DNA of 35,358 bases from Nemertoderma westbladi (Eukaryota; Animalia; Xenacoelomorpha). The position numbers and the translations under genes are program-made. The stretch covers positions 1 to 35,358 of the forward strand of contig JAUCBJ010001015.1 of assembly GCA_032718475.1 (NCBI GenBank). The letters are read 5' to 3'. The notes below the pieces were generated by a model. It was not told where the DNA came from and did not search any database. It worked only from the letters and a program-made list of their open reading frames with translations. The first letter of the stretch is position 1. Every line of letters begins with the position of its first letter. This document shows positions 1-11,685 of the stretch, one piece after another.

Positions 1-2049
1 CAGGACAGTCTCCTGCATCTGCCCGAGCAGGATATCCATCCCCCGCCGTCTCTCGTCTACCCAATCAACCGCCGAAACGGGATCCACCAACGTCGTAGCG
101 GGCGGACGAGGGACAACGGGCGACAAATTTGGAATATTTCGCTCGGGGTCCAGGACCTGAACTGTCTCTTGGGCAGTTCTACGGGGCACAGGTAGCTTAG
201 TGCTATGCAGAGGGAATTTAGAAGTAGTTTCAGGGAGCACAGGTGTATCTATCACCGAAGGGGTGATTTCAAGAACAGGCCTAATTATTTCAGGCTCATC
301 TACTATAGTAGGGAGTCTTTCTATTTTAATTATTTGGTCTGTGGGCTCTGTACTACCTAAGTTGGTGTTATTTAGTTGCCTTCTAACAGCTGGAGGCAAA
401 TCAGGCAATTTCTGACGGTGGAATGATCTTTTACGTCTGCTTAGACGAGATCTATTTCCTTTGCCTTCAGTATCGGTGGTATCGCCTTCTTCAGATGATG
501 TATACCCCTGTCTTTTGGGAGTAGATCGCCTCATCATCTGCATATTACTAGCTGTTAACTGTTTATTGAAGTTGTCTTGCCTCTCTTGAAGATTTTCTAA
601 CTCTAGTTGGGTTGCCTCTTCAGATGCCCTCCGTTCTGCTTCTGCCACTGCCTCTGCTGTTTTTCTTTCGGCTTCTGCCGCTGCCACTGCTGCTGCCGCT
701 TTCCTTTCCGCTTCGGCCTCTGCCACTGCCACTGCTGCTGCCGCTGCCGCTGCCTTTCTATCCGCTTCTGCCTCTGCCACTGCTGCCTTTCTTTCCGCTT
801 CTGCCTCTGCCACTGCTGCTGCTGCCTTTCTTTCCGCTTCTGCCTCTGCCACTGCTGCTGCCACTGCCGCTGCCTTTCTATCTTCTATACGTTTTTTCTT
901 TACTTGTTCTTCTTGGTCTCTAGCGATGCGGAGTTGTTCATCGAATTTAGCTTGGTTCGCCGCTAACCTATCCACATCAATTGCATCCAACACACGCTGG
1001 GCTCCTTCACTATTAGGGCTAAGCCCATCTAGTCTTCTCCGCAACTCTTCATCACCTACGAAACGCTGATAGTCTGACAGATAGATGTCAATGGCATCCC
1101 TCTTATGCGGTTTCTCTGCCGTCGCTTCACTTTCCACTTGGGAAAAAGTAGCGTCTGTTGATTCTCCATGGGTTGAGCGCTCCTCCAACTGAGCTTTCCA
1201 CTGAGCTGCTCCTTGAACCTGGCGACTCACCCGTTGAAACCAAGTCTTTACGGCAACTTGCAACGACGTGTCTTGCCTTCTTTTAGAAGCCTCCTCAAAG
1301 GCGGATAAGATTAGCCTAATCCGCAGAACTCTTTCTCTAACTTGATAAAGCAGCGATCCCTGCTCTTGAGGTCCTTGAGGTTGTTGAAACAGTTGTCTCT
1401 CTACTCTCTCCATAGAGCTGAAGAATCCCTGGGCGTATCCGGCCGCGGACCTCTTCCATACAGCTGGATCGATGGTTTCCTTGGCTACTCCCATCCGGTG
1501 TATGTCTTCCCAGGCAGCTTCTGATAAATCAAACGGGAGTCCGGGTCCGGGGAAGTTCCATTGCGACTCGACAATAGACTTCAGTTCTTCACTCGTGTAT
1601 CCCGCGTAGCTATCTCTAGTTGACCGTTGACTTCTCGCCCAATCGATCTGGTGTTCTTCCACCGCGATCAATAACCCAGTGAGCACGGCTGCAGGAAGGA
1701 TGAGAAGGGGATCCGTATAAACCGCATCCGTCATCTCTGCTCCGCTCTCGGGTGTCAGCTCTACAGTATCCTCACTACTGGAGCTGCTGGGCCGCTGAGG
1801 AATAAGTTCTTGACTAGCGGGTTGTTGCTGTTCCGCTGCCTTTTGGTCCCGCTTGACCTGAGCTCGAGTGCCTATGATAGACCTACGATGTTGGACCAGC
1901 CTAGGTTCTGTTATTACTACTGGAGGTATGACCTTCCTCACAGTGGGAGGTGAACTGGATTTACGACCAGACGTTTGTACGTCTCTATCTGAGTCGCAGA
2001 TAGTTACATCTAATAAACTGTCTGACAGGTTCTGCTTAGTATCAGACAT
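1..2049 (-). CDS. Large intronless ORF (at least 683 aa, 3'-partial, runs off the window start); probable gag-like/ORF1 N-terminal region of an LTR retroelement
   Basis: Manual translation from the ATG at 2049-2047 (MSDTKQNLSDSLLDVTICDSDRDVQTSGRKSSSPP...) stays open to position 1 (...GMDILLGQMQETVL). It includes an Ala/Glu/Lys coiled-coil repeat (RKAAAVAEAEAE, ~630-900) and a Pro-rich segment. It is probably missing from the ORF track because there is no stop in the window. The product is inferred from the LTR-like sequence upstream; no capsid or zinc-knuckle motif is visible yet. Confidence 0.7.
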   Translation of the reverse strand, partial: MSDTKQNLSDSLLDVTICDSDRDVQTSGRKSSSPPTVRKVIPPVVITEPRLVQHRRSIIGTRAQVKRDQKAAEQQQPASQELIPQRPSSSSSEDTVELTPESGAEMTDAVYTDPLLILPAAVLTGLLIAVEEHQIDWARSQRSTRDSYAGYTSEELKSIVESQWNFPGPGLPFDLSEAAWEDIHRMGVAKETIDPAVWKRSAAGYAQGFFSSMERVERQLFQQPQGPQEQGSLLYQVRERVLRIRLILSAFEEASKRRQDTSLQVAVKTWFQRVSRQVQGAAQWKAQLEERSTHGESTDATFSQVESEATAEKPHKRDAIDIYLSDYQRFVGDEELRRRLDGLSPNSEGAQRVLDAIDVDRLAANQAKFDEQLRIARDQEEQVKKKRIEDRKAAAVAAAVAEAEAERKAAAAVAEAEAERKAAVAEAEADRKAAAAAAAVAVAEAEAERKAAAAVAAAEAERKTAEAVAEAERRASEEATQLELENLQERQDNFNKQLTASNMQMMRRSTPKRQGYTSSEEGDTTDTEGKGNRSRLSRRKRSFHRQKLPDLPPAVRRQLNNTNLGSTEPTDQIIKIERLPTIVDEPEIIRPVLEITPSVIDTPVLPETTSKFPLHSTKLPVPRRTAQETVQVLDPERNIPNLSPVVPRPPATTLVDPVSAVDWVDERRRGMDILLGQMQETVL

Positions 2050-2129
2050 GACTATGTATACCGTTGAATGTCTACTGCTGTATTACAGTCTGAGTAAGTC
2101 TAATAACTCAGTATTAACTGCTAGCCTAG

Positions 2130-2550
2130 TAATTAATTACCGGTACTGCTACTCAGTGTAGCGTGATATATAATATATTAGAATACCGGTATGCTTATAG
2201 TATATATAACTATTATTACGGACTAGGTTTATCACAGAATACCGGTATAATTTTAGCACAAATATATATAAATATATAATAGGCCTATCGGAATACCGGT
2301 ATACAGCTTACAGTTTGTAGTATATATAATTCTGGACTAGAATTAATTACAAGTACCGGTATAATTTCAGCCTAAATTTATAGAAATAAAGATAATAGGC
2401 CTATCGTAAATACCGGTATGCAGTTTACACTTATAGTGTATATATATAAGTATAATTACAAACTAGAATTAATTACAAGTACCGGTATAATTTCAGCCGA
2501 AATTTATAGAAATAAAGATAATAGGCCTATCGTAAATACCGGTATATCAA
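2130..2550. repeat. AT-rich degenerate tandem repeats (~126-bp period) punctuated by the palindrome TACCGGTA
   Basis: CTAGAATTAATTACAAGTACCGGTATAATTTCAGCC...ATAGGCCTATCGTAAATACCGGTAT occurs at ~2337 and ~2463, with more diverged copies upstream; about 8 TACCGGTA sites. Confidence 0.8.
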
Positions 2551-3540
2551 TTATTTTAAATAATTTAATTTCTGAATTTTAGGGTTACTTGGTTACTTTA
2601 CTTACTTTATTACCGTTATTTGAGCAGTAATCCAACTGATATTGAGACCTAATGGTTGTATGGTAGGCCTACGATTTATAAATCGTTAGATTTGATTTAT
2701 AATATATATATACCCGTTTTAGTGGGTTTTGTCAATGTTTGAAATAAATGTTATTATTTCTGGGGAGTAATCACTACACAAAGCGGTGCGCTTTCAATGA
2801 AGTGTTACTTATAAGACACTAAAACAAATAATTCTAATTTACCTAAGTTACTTAATACTACAAATTACGTACAATTCGGGTGAGATTACAATCTCTAAAT
2901 AAACACAAAAATTTACAAAAAACACAAAATACGAATTTTTTAGGGTAATTTTACAAGAAGTCTACAAACCAGCCTAACAAAGGGTTAGAAAACTGGTTAT
3001 TACACGGACAGGGTACTACGGTGTTTTGAAATAATAAGTAGTAGTAAATACACTGCGTTGTCTAGATAGGAAAATACCACCGCCTGACGACCTATAGCCG
3101 TATCGCTATAGGTTCTACGTTATGTATCACGGAGTGTTCCTACCTAGAAGTTAATAGAGCTAATCGAATGTGCCTATCAACCACTTTACAACACAGATAT
3201 AATGTCTACAATAATTACTTCGGAAAGTACTGTACACTAAACCCTAAATTAGGTACGAGTACTTGTACAACAAATAATCAGTAGTTAAATATACTTGAAC
3301 AGCTAAAAGAACCACGGCATCTGCTGGAGTGACCGATGCACAAAATCACCAGTCTTTACCTACGCCGAGCAGCCCGTGTAGTACCGGGGTTAATTTAACT
3401 ATAGCGGTATGTATAACAAACACAATTACTGTAGGAACAAACTTGGGGAATGAATGTTGCGGATAATCGCATAAACTCTGAATAATAAATATTACGCTAC
3501 GCGTACAAACTACTCAAACAAAATACAGACCGAACACTGA

Positions 3541-4056
3541 CAGACTACTATCAAGCCTAAACAAACTACGGTATATGCAGACTCCGAAATGATTAGGGAG
3601 TATGCGCTCTAACCCAGTAGTGCGACTTATTCTTTAGTTGGGGGTTTACCTTACAGCGTTCGCTGCCCCGACTGCCTAACCGTACTTAATCGGACAGATG
3701 ATCTACACACGCGGCAATCCGTTCAGACCTAATAACAGCCAGACAACTATCCAGCCTACAAATTATCTAAATAAAATTATACGCTACCCGTACAGACTTA
3801 CACAAACAAAGTACAGACTAAACGATGGCAGACTACTCTCAAGCCTAAATAAACTACAGGACATGCAGACTCCGAAATGATTAGGGAGTATGCGCTCTAA
3901 CCCAGTAGTGCGACTTATTCTTTAGTTGGGGGATTACCTTACAGCGTTCGCTGCCCCTACTGCCTAATCGTACTTAATCGGACGAGTGCTCTACACACAC
4001 TGCAATTCGTTCGGACCTAACAGCAATCAGACAACAGCTCAGCCTACAAATTGTCT
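3541..4056. repeat. Direct duplication (288-bp period) with a highly conserved ~120-nt self-complementary core
   Basis: Copies start at 3541 and 3829. The cores at 3575-3695 and 3863-3983 differ at only 3 positions. Confidence 0.9.
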
Positions 4057-4534
4057 GTCCAATCTGATCAGGTTTACACGCCTTCTGTTCAATACTGGCC
4101 TACAAACAAATAAAACTGACAGAAATAAGTAAGCTCCAAAAGAAACAAGGGGTGTACAGTCCCTAATCTCTTAAACAGCCTACCGGTATACAACAATCAA
4201 ATCGAATAATACTAGTGTACTTATACGGCAGTACCGGTTCTAGCGGTTGGGCCTACTGACCTACAGGTGTACTGTTCAGGTTTACCGGTTGACCGGTACT
4301 TTCAACTTTATTGCTTACTGCAATAAAGAAGCTATATCCTTTAATGTTCGCGCTTTCAGACCTTTGGCAGTTTAACCCACCAAATTAAGATGTCTTCTAG
4401 ATATTAAATCAGTTTTTAGTCTTTGACAAGTATTTGATTCACTACACTAGTCGAAACCAATCCGTGCGCGACCATTCACCCGCTGGATATTCCCGGGAGA
4501 TTGGGTTCGACGGTTTAATTTTTTTTTATTGCTA

Positions 4535-5505
4535 TGTAAGCCTAATGTATTATTCGACCGACAGTATTATATAATCTCTGACAATATTATTCACCTTCGG
4601 TAATATTAACAGTTCCTTTAGGACGTGGCGCTTTATCTATATAAACAGAGTTATGACTTAAACTACTCACAACGATATGGCTTAATTATAATTCACATAT
4701 ATGGCGCATTCTTTAGGAATTGCTTCTTTAACAGACTCACTCATACACAATGCTGCACAATACTGCACACTAATCTGCCAATCTTCACTTATTTTAGTCA
4801 CATATAAAAGGAACACAGACTGAATCATGTAGGGTCTATCAAATAACATTAGATTCACTTCAAACCACTTTAACATAAGTCACAATCGTTTATTTGTAAC
4901 CCTTCTCTCTTACCTTCGGTATATCAAGAATATTGGGTTTCGGGGTGATTTATCGTTATTCCAAATATAATTATTCATCAACCATATTATGAAGAACTGA
5001 CGGTAAATAGCAGTATAAAACAACAATGAAAACACTGATTGTTATGAGTTTGCAATGTTTCAGCAGTCAGCATGTATGATCATCAGTCAGCAGTAGTCGT
5101 TAGGTTAAAGGATATATGCCCTTTATAATTAAACCTACTAGTGTAAGACTAAAAACAGTAAAGCACAAAATACTTCCAAGCCGTTCTTTCTTAGGCTCGG
5201 GACTGAATGTAAACACTGCACATAGGCATTGCGTCATTTCTCGGAAATTTTCTGTACAAGGAGCCACAAAAACGCTCTAATTGGCTGACTGAACTGAGAG
5301 ACGCCGTAGAACAAAGGAAATCAACACGTATGAATGTCAGCTGTTAACCGTAGTCATAGTAACTACTGTTCAAGAGTAGCTATCACCCCTTTGCGTCACG
5401 AATTGCCATAGAATCATAAAATATGCCTTTCACAGTACACATACGGAGGAAATAGGTCTTAGATCCTCTAAAAACACCGATACAGCAATAATACGGTCTC
5501 TTACA
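4535..5505 (-). mobile_element. Putative 5' LTR (~970 bp) of the retroelement encoding the 1-2049 ORF
   Basis: Bounded by the inverted hexamer TGTAAG (4535-4540)...CTTACA (5500-5505). On the minus strand the order is CRE-like TGACGCA sites, CCAAT (5284-5280), TATAAA (5127-5122), AATAAA (4894-4889), consistent with U3-R-U5. There is no second LTR in the window to confirm the boundaries. Confidence 0.5.
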
Positions 5506-6099
5506 CTTATTAAATCAACTACAGAGTATTTTAATGTAAAAGATAATAAAAATAACGGGGCAATTCAGCAAAGGCTTTTACAATGTATATGTGCACTTAA
5601 TTCACCGTGAGCTACCCAGCAATCGTTAAACTGATGGCCAGTTCCAAACTGAAAAAAAAAAAAAAAAAAAAGCAATTGCGCCAGTCCAGCAGCTCTGCTG
5701 CTTAGTGATATTGAGATTGCTCTGCTCTAGCCAATAAGATCCGAGCACCAGTTAGGCTTGGGTAGCCCCTGTACAGACTGACTCTCCATACTGTACCTAC
5801 CGACCTACTACTGCCCGATTCCTGTAGTTCGTCACAGCAGTATTGTACCGTGCTGTATTGTACCGTGCTGTATTGTAGGCCTACCACCTACATTGCAATA
5901 ATTATTATATAATACAATAATTATATTCACCTTATCTGGTTGTTACCCAATTAACCAACTTGTTATTAAATATATATTATATATCATATTCTTACCTGCC
6001 TACGATATTATCCTGGCAGCTTACCATCATATTGGCGTAGAAAACAAAAAAAAAATTTAATTTTATTTTTTTATTGATTTAAGATAGAAATTTAACGTA

Positions 6100-7630
<1,531 letters not shown>

Positions 7631-7789
7631 AGTATATTAGCGATTGGGGATCAAACAGTTTAATTAATTAAAATAATGAATGTGTGAGTTGAGTGTGAAT
7701 GACCTACTGTACATATTGCAAAGTGTAATAATTAATTACTGCAAGAATGCAAAACTCAATTTGATTTATTCATTGGATTGATTGACTCT

Positions 7790-7885
7790 TTGGGCCAAAA
7801 CGTCCGACAAGCAAATTGGATGTTCCAGTCATTGGGCCGAAACGTCCTAGGCCAAAACGTCTTAGACCGAAACGTCTGTTACCCC
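7790..7885. mobile_element. DNA-transposon terminus with 15-bp subterminal repeats (GGCCGAAACGTCCTA-like) ending in GTTACCC
   Basis: Four GGCC(G/A)AAACGTC-like motifs, three of them in tandem just before GTTACCC; no partner end seen. Confidence 0.4.
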
Positions 7886-7974
7886 TTTCAACTATTTACG
7901 ATATCAATAAAAATTAAAGAGACATGAGTTTCTAACCACACATTTCATATACCCTCCATATAGTCTATTGTGGG

Positions 7975-8405
7975 CCTATGATGATATATGTAAGCCGAAC
8001 TGCCGACCACTTGCGACTTACCCTCAGTTCACTGCGTCGAATAGTCCCCTTTAACACGGCCCAAGAGGTGGTCGAATTGGTCTTGCGACTTACCCTCAGT
8101 TCACTGGGTCGAATAGTCGCCTATTGTAGACCTATGATGATATATGTAAGCCGAACTGCCGACCACTTGCGACTTACCCTCAGTTCACTGCGTCGAATAG
8201 TCCCCTTTAACACGGCCCAAGAGGTGGTCGAATTGGTCTTGCGACTTACCCTCAGTTCACTGGGTCGAATAATCGCCTTTATACACGACCCCTGAGCGGT
8301 TGGAACGTGGCCTAACCTAAATATTATCTATGTAAACTAGCCGACTTCTAGCGATCCTCCATAAGTCAGTCACTATGTGGTGGGCTGGTCGGCTCTCATA
8401 TATAA
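7975..8405. mobile_element. Non-autonomous element with subterminal inverted repeats and a 156-bp internal tandem duplication (Helentron/DINE-like organisation, tentative)
   Basis: 156-bp unit at 7975 and 8131, each with two CTTGCGACTTACCCTCAGTTCACTG copies. ATATATGTAAGCCGAACTGCCGACCAC has an imperfect inverted partner GTGGTGGGCTGGTCGGCTCTCATATAT (~8377-8403). CCTAACCTAA at ~8311. Confidence 0.4.
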
Positions 8406-8511
8406 TACATAGTTAACACATACACAATAATTCAAATAGACATTAAATATATAATTAATAGTAAATAGTAATAACTGGCCAACAAATATATATATTACGT
8501 AGTTATACCGA

Positions 8512-8760
8512 TTAACCAATCAAATGCTGTACATGATAATGAGGGACAGTAATTAGGGTAGACGCATTGTTATTGGATTCATATAGCCGATCATTGCGTC
8601 GATTTTCCCCTGGAGAGGATAAAATGTTTCTTGCGTCGAAAGACCCCCTATCTGGATCCGATACATTTCTTACACGTAAGGCAAAGCAACTTAAACACCC
8701 CTCTATCATGCTATATTTGTTTCGTCTCTTTTTGTTCATCTTTACGTAATTCTAATAAAT
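8512..8760 (-). pseudogene. Degenerate fragment resembling the C-terminal region of Ginger/KRBA2-SCAND3-like integrase proteins
   Basis: The peptide RVRNVSDPDRGSFDARNIL resembles, from recall, the V-x-I-P-D-V-D-R-G-x-x-D-x-R-N-I-L motif of these proteins. The surrounding sequence is decayed. Confidence 0.4.
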
Positions 8761-9240
8761 TTTCCATCAGATTTTTAGCAGATTTACATTTATCAGATTG
8801 TCGTTCTCGTAGTGGAAACAATTTGCTTAATATAGGAAACTTGTGCAATATTTATAATCTTGATAATCTATCCAAACATATTGTTAGTGATCTTAATTTT
8901 GGCTCTCGTGCTGCGCGAAATTAATCAAATTAATTGATCTTAATTACGCACCTTTATTGCTTAGCGATGTGGAGAATTGATTTCTGCATTGAACTAAATG
9001 TACCCGGAGAGAACTAGCGAGCTAAACTAGTGAACCGTAACTAGTGAACGGATGTACCCGCGATTAACTAACATCTACTTTAAGTAGCATCTATTCAAGT
9101 ATCTACTGGTTTACTGTTTGTGTTCATTATCGTTATTCGTTCTTTTGTTTGTAATAAATAAAACAAGTTGAGATGTTTCAATGTAAACCGCGATTAACAA
9201 TTTACACCTTTCAATGTAAACCACGATATTAATTAAATAC

Positions 9241-10124
9241 CACTAGGATCGGCATGCTGCATTGCAGCTGCATTTTTAAGAATGCTGTGCCGGCTTATCG
9301 ACAAAATTGCACCGCCACAACTCCCTATCACCCATGACATTTGCTAGATCATCCACATCTTCAAGGCCAGTGTCCTTTAAGATGCGTCTCAAGAAAGTCA
9401 TGGGCTGTCCACCATGCTTATTCACTCCATGAGGTTGCCAAAGTACAAGATTATGCACTGGCTGGTCCTCACCTCCCTCATGTGTGCATTGTAATTGACA
9501 CAATGAACCCGGCGTAGCATTCTTGTGAATGTACCATCCAGAGATTTGGTGCCCTCAGCAGTTAGAGCCCAGCATGGACTCCCGTAGAGGAGTACTGGAA
9601 CGACTGCTGCTCTAAATAATCGGACCTTAAGTTTCCGATTAATTCTCGGTGACTTCCAAATCCTGGAAAGCCTATTCAAGGCTGCCCATGCCTTTCCCTT
9701 ACGTATTCGAAGGTCCTCACCCGACTTCCGGATCCATGATCCCAGGTAACAGAAGTCATCCACATGCTCAAGCATACCATCTTTTGAGCTTTATGCTCAT
9801 CCGATCAGAGACTTGCTGAGGACTTTCAAAGTTAACTGTCAAAATTTTGGTCTTTCTGGAGTTAAAAAAGACCAACACTAGAAGCAGCATGTTCTAATGA
9901 GCTGAGGAGCCGTTGGGCTCCCTCTAGTGATTCTGAGAGTACTCCTAAGTCATCAGCAAAGTCTAGATCAGTTAGGTACTTGGCAGGATTTCCTCGACTT
10001 CTGGAGCCAGTAGGTAGAGTTATCATCACCCCATCATCATTATGATGATCTAAGGACATGCGTAGAACATAGTCAACAACAATTATGAACAAGAATGTGT
10101 GTCTCCCTGGAGGACGCCCATCCA
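9241..10124 (-). mobile_element. 5'-truncated RTE-clade LINE copy (RT C-terminal half plus 3' tail), frameshifted and internally deleted
   Basis: Peptides FLFIIVVDYVLR, LTDLDFADDLGVLS, VDDFCYLGSWI, KLKVRLFRAAVVPVLLYG. The ORF stop at 9276 is followed by a short tail. A 13-bp target-site duplication ATTAATTAAATAC lies at 9228-9240 and 10125-10137. Confidence 0.9.
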
Positions 10125-10753
10125 ATTAATTAAATACAACCATTATATTATTATTATTTAATATTTTTTTTGGAATGTATAATAATTATATTACTATTGT
10201 GTTTATGAGTACCCTCATGTAAATTTGATGTACGAAATTAAATTAAATTAATTAAAATGAGAGAGCAAAACATAAGCCTCAAGGATCTGGGGCGGTATTC
10301 ATAGAGTTAGTATTAGTTACAGCTACTTAGTGACAGCTTTTAGTAAGAGCTGCAACTATGTTTAGTAAGAGCTATCTGTTACTAAAAACAACTAATTTTA
10401 GTAAGAGCATTGACTTAAACTTAGTTTCAACTAGCCCTTAAAAAATATCAGTATTCATAAACTGTTACTAAACTTAGTTCTAGCCTATTAGTAGCAGTGC
10501 CGGTACTTTAACTTATGTTTATCAAACAGCTTTCAGTTTTAACTTAAGGACGGTAGGTATGCCCTGCATATTTCTATGTTTACTGTTTTACTTGTATTGG
10601 TAGCCTACATTAAACCCATTAATTTTATTGGTCACTAAAACAATTACTGTTTTCCAGTAAATTTTTTCGTTATCAAATATATATTTCCTCCACTCAATTG
10701 AATGAATTATCACTAAAATATATTTTTGAATCATCAAAAATATAATTATTTAT

Positions 10754-10879
10754 TACATGGGAAAAAAAGTAAAACTTTTTTTCATTATTCTCGAGGCATT
10801 TTATTTACCGAGCGTCAGCGTGGTTAATAAAGGGTCTAGAGAATATTGAAAAAAAATGATCTACGTTTTTCCCCATGTA
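10754..10879. repeat. Imperfect ~125-bp palindrome centred on CCGAGCGTCAGCGTGG; probably part of a hairpin-type non-autonomous element extending to ~11428
   Basis: TACATGGGAAAAAAAGTA...TTTTTTTCATTATTCTCGAG pairs with CTAGAGAATATTGAAAAAAA...TACGTTTTTCCCCATGTA. Confidence 0.7.
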
Positions 10880-11685
10880 TTACGTAATTTTATTCTTAAA
10901 TGTGAACTTTTTTGTTGCTTAATTCTTTAATAAAACGTACAGGATATAGTGGTAGAAAATAAATTGAAATATAGTATTTTATTGCTTGAAATTTTACTTT
11001 ATCGCTTCCATAGATACTGCTGATTATTCTACTATTCAACTCCTGATGCTGCCTTACTCAATGTTAAATAATTTAGTGTTCTCGAATATTTATTACGTAA
11101 CTAGAGAGCCGCTTAACAACATAAACCAATATTGGATATTGAGTCCTTTTGAGTTCGCCTTGCACACACTAAATTTGCAATAACTTTTGAGTGCGTGCAT
11201 ATGATTTTGCTCAAATTACGTACAAACCTTTTCTACGTCAATGATCCTTCAATACATTTAATAAAATTTATGAAATAACACCAAATTTATTTTATTTTAC
11301 TTTTTTCGCCGGGAACAAAAAGAAAATCAATGCAATCCTATGGGTTACTTTTTTTCCCTAGGAAAAAAAATTTTCTCCCGATTTTGGGGTATATTCGACC
11401 GAAAAAGTAACAATTTAGGAATAAAATCTGTTAGGGCCTGTTGTAATAAAATCCCTTCATTATTTAGGTTAGGATAACGTGGCACTGTACCCTGCCCTTT
11501 CCCACATTTTAGCAATAATTTATAATTAATAGATTTAATGTTAATTAAGATAGATTTAATGTTAATTAAGAGATTTAATGTTAATTAATATATTTTAGTG
11601 GAAGCTGAATATTTTAGTGGTTTTCCTGTTAAAATTTTAGTGAAAAATTATGATTTTTTGTAAGGCGATAATTCAATTGACTACC

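Noticed and set aside
607-966. Cys-rich (metallothionein-like) and Leu/Pro-rich + strand ORFs
   Set aside because: They are antisense shadows of the Ala/Glu repeat in the long minus-strand ORF.
5055-5095. Hammerhead-like CTGATGA...GAAAC on the minus strand in the putative LTR
   Set aside because: The intervening sequence does not form stem II directly between the two core motifs, and no stems I/III with an NUH site were found.
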